Assembly: GCA_937914955.1 (NCBI GenBank)
Contig: CALDLQ010000093.1
Span: 19,489-83,488, forward strand
Source: an uncultured Prevotella sp.
GTDB taxonomy: Bacteria; Bacteroidota; Bacteroidia; Bacteroidales; Bacteroidaceae
Reading direction: 5' to 3'
Length of the DNA stretch: 64,000 nt
Below, piece after piece: positions 61,619-64,000 of the stretch. The position numbers and the translations under genes are program-made. Below the pieces are notes generated by a model. It saw only the letters and a program-made list of their open reading frames with translations. It did no database searches and was not told the DNA's origin. The first letter of the stretch is position 1; the number at the start of each line of letters is the position of its first letter.

Positions 61619-62563
61619 ATGAAGAAATCCTTCGCATCGCTCTATATATTAATAGGTGTAGGCTGTCTGCTGATGGTCTGCACACTGGTGGCTTCGTGCG
61701 GGCAGTCGTACGAGGAGCACCAGCGCATCACCCGGGCCGAGCGTAAGCGGCTGGCGCGCGAAGACTCCGCCGCGCTGAAAATTGGCGTCACGCCAACGCT
61801 GGACTGCCTGCCCGTTTGGCTGGCCAAGGAACGACGGCTGTTCGACACGCTCGGAGCCGACGTACGCCCCAAGGCGTTCAACTCGCATCTGGACTGTCAG
61901 GAAGCCTTGCTGAAAGGAAAAGTGGAGGGATGTTTCACCGACATAGTGCGGGCTGAGCGCATGATGAAACGCGGCACACCCCTGCAGTATGCAACGGCCA
62001 CCAACGCCTATTGGCTGTTTGTCAGCAACCGTCTGGCCCGTGTGAAGGAAGTGAAGCAGATGAACGACAAGATGGTGGCCATCACCAACCATTCGGCCAC
62101 CGACATGATGGTGCAGACCTGGGTTGACAGTGCCAAGATGCAGCAAACCAGCGTGTTCCGTGTCCCCGTGAACGATGTGCTGATAAGAATGCTCATGCTC
62201 CGCAACAACGAGATGGATGCCGTCATGGTGACTGAGCCGCAGGCCACCGAAGCCCTGCTCTTCAAGCACCGCAAACTGAAGGACAGCCGCGACATGGACC
62301 TGAGGATGGGAGCCGTGGTGTTCAGAACCAAGGGCATGGGCGACAAGGCCCGCAAAAAACAGTTGGAAGTGTTCGTCAAGGCTTACAACATGGCTTGCGA
62401 CTCCATCAACCAGAAGGGATTGAAGCACTATGCCGACCTGATAAAGAAACACACGAAGGCCGACGACAAGGTGATCGAGGCGCTGCCCAAACTCAAGTTC
62501 GAACATGCCGCGCCGCCTCGGCAAAAAGACATAGAAGCAGCCCGCAAATGGCTGGGGAAATAG
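61619..62563 (+). CDS. SsuA/THI5-like ABC substrate-binding lipoprotein
   Basis: Lipobox-like 'VASC', 'KIGVTPTLDCLP..LA', 'DA....EP.AT'. Confidence 0.8.
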   Translation: MKKSFASLYILIGVGCLLMVCTLVASCGQSYEEHQRITRAERKRLAREDSAALKIGVTPTLDCLPVWLAKERRLFDTLGADVRPKAFNSHLDCQEALLKGKVEGCFTDIVRAERMMKRGTPLQYATATNAYWLFVSNRLARVKEVKQMNDKMVAITNHSATDMMVQTWVDSAKMQQTSVFRVPVNDVLIRMLMLRNNEMDAVMVTEPQATEALLFKHRKLKDSRDMDLRMGAVVFRTKGMGDKARKKQLEVFVKAYNMACDSINQKGLKHYADLIKKHTKADDKVIEALPKLKFEHAAPPRQKDIEAARKWLGK

Positions 62564-62590
62564 TTATCTTCCATCACGTACTGACAGAAA

Positions 62591-64000
62591 ATGAACGACG
62601 ACGTTTTTAAGCTCATAGCGCAAAACCACCTCATGGCAGCCGTCAGAAGACTGCAGGAGTATGCACAGCTCTATCCCGAAGTGCATGCCCCGGAACGCAT
62701 CGAACGCATCGCTGCCGACTATAAGCTCATGCTCGACTATATGGAGCGTGGATTCAAGGACGACCAACGGCAACAACTCTATCAGGAACTGCTGGCGAGG
62801 ACATGCCTCCTGGAGGCCGACACGCGCCTGGCCGACAAATGTCGCAAAAGTTCGTTTCTGTCCAACACGATGCGCCAGGCGGCTAGGGTAAGTTGGGACA
62901 ACGAGCTGATTAGATACACGCTCGAGAACTTTGTTTCGGAAGTGGCCTTGCTGAGTTTGGAAGAGGAAGAGAGAAGGAAAGAAAAAAGCCGTACCCTCTA
63001 CCAGCGGCACGACGCCTTCATGTCGTTGTTGTTTCGCAAGATTCTGCTTTCAACCCAGTGGAACGAGCAGACGGCCGCTTTTTTCGAGTCGTTGCTGCTG
63101 TCGCCAACCGTCGATGTGAACGATGCACTGCTCATGGCCAGTGCGCTGTTGCTGGCATGCCGCTTGCAGTTTGATTACCGCAAGTGGCGCACCTTGGTGA
63201 ATGTTTTCAGGCAGACCACCGACAAACGCCTTCATCAACGCACTTTGGTAGGGTGGTGCTTGGCGCTGAAGGAAGGTGACGAGACTGTTTTGTATGCCGA
63301 CCGCATGCGAGCCCTGCTGAAAGAGGTCTGCGCAAGTCCTGATGTGAGGCGCGAACTGCTGGAACTGCAGATGCAGGTGTTTCACTGCATCAATGCCGAG
63401 CGCGACAATAAGAAAATACAGGAAGACATCTTCCCGACGCTCATGAAAAACAACAACCTGCGCATCACTCGCTTTGGCATAGAGGAGGTGGAGGACGATC
63501 CCATGCAGGACATCCTCGATCCTGGAGCAGCCGACCGCGCCATGGAGGAAATGGAACAGACCATGCAGCGCATGGCGGAAATGCAGCGGCAGGGAGCTGA
63601 CATCTATTTTTCTGGCTTTTCGCAGATGAAGCGTTTCCCCTTCTTCAACGATGTGGCCCACTGGTTGTTGCCTTTCTTCAGAGAGAATCCCGGGCTGAAC
63701 GAGGTGGTTGACCGGCTGAGCAATTCCAACCTGATGCAGAACATCGTGGAGAATGCCCCTTTCTGCGACAGCGACAAATACTCGTTTGCGCTGGCCATCC
63801 ATCAGGTCATCGACAAATTGCCGCCAAACGTTCGCGAGATGGTGGGCACCGCCGAGGCCATGGGACCCATTTCCCCGCGCGAGGAACTGACATCGCCCGC
63901 CTTCCTGCGCCGCATGTTTCTGCAGGATCTCTATCGGTTCTACAGGTTGTTTCCCCTGCGCGCCGATTTCGACAATCCTTTTGATGAATGCCAGAATGAC
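62591..64000 (+). CDS. Conserved Bacteroidales helical (TPR-type) protein, 3'-truncated by the window edge
   Basis: Open frame from ATG 62591 (MNDDVFKLIAQNHL...) to the window end, including 'GADIYFSGFSQMKRFPFF' and 'FCDSDKYSF'. Confidence 0.75.
   Translation, partial: MNDDVFKLIAQNHLMAAVRRLQEYAQLYPEVHAPERIERIAADYKLMLDYMERGFKDDQRQQLYQELLARTCLLEADTRLADKCRKSSFLSNTMRQAARVSWDNELIRYTLENFVSEVALLSLEEEERRKEKSRTLYQRHDAFMSLLFRKILLSTQWNEQTAAFFESLLLSPTVDVNDALLMASALLLACRLQFDYRKWRTLVNVFRQTTDKRLHQRTLVGWCLALKEGDETVLYADRMRALLKEVCASPDVRRELLELQMQVFHCINAERDNKKIQEDIFPTLMKNNNLRITRFGIEEVEDDPMQDILDPGAADRAMEEMEQTMQRMAEMQRQGADIYFSGFSQMKRFPFFNDVAHWLLPFFRENPGLNEVVDRLSNSNLMQNIVENAPFCDSDKYSFALAIHQVIDKLPPNVREMVGTAEAMGPISPREELTSPAFLRRMFLQDLYRFYRLFPLRADFDNPFDECQND

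Overview
Bacteroidales chromosome segment, most likely a Prevotella-like genome. This is inferred from TAnnTTTG -7 promoter boxes, AT-rich start regions without SD sequences, the bat operon, DUF4295 after rpmG and a nuo operon lacking nuoEFG. About 50 kb is housekeeping: guaA, smpB, metH, map, tsaD, rpmB/rpmG, ftsY, rimO, HU, moxR-bat, queA, pepD, nuoA-N, pgk, ridA, queC and radA. A visibly AT-richer accessory region of about 12 kb (2.4-14.6 kb) lies between guaA and the DMP19-smpB-metH operon. Its best candidate for an undescribed system is a putative RiPP locus. The locus runs from a long structured leader into an RRE-radical SAM/SPASM gene (5868-7436), then an unannotated 34-aa two-Cys peptide ORF (7486-7590, MKVDLNVSAASKVMTANGCPKLYESSCGVMYRQS) followed by a hairpin, an M42 aminopeptidase and a U32-like putative Fe-S protein. 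The same region holds an HTH-like protein paired with a membrane-anchored Ser/Thr kinase, a PIN toxin-antitoxin pair, a decayed PD-(D/E)xK-like gene, several small genes, an AAA-DUF4143 ATPase and an LRR gene disrupted by a patch resembling a neighbouring gene. Intergenic-type repeats also appear inside coding sequences (guaA and the kinase). All calls come from reading motifs by eye; no database searches or folding programs were run.
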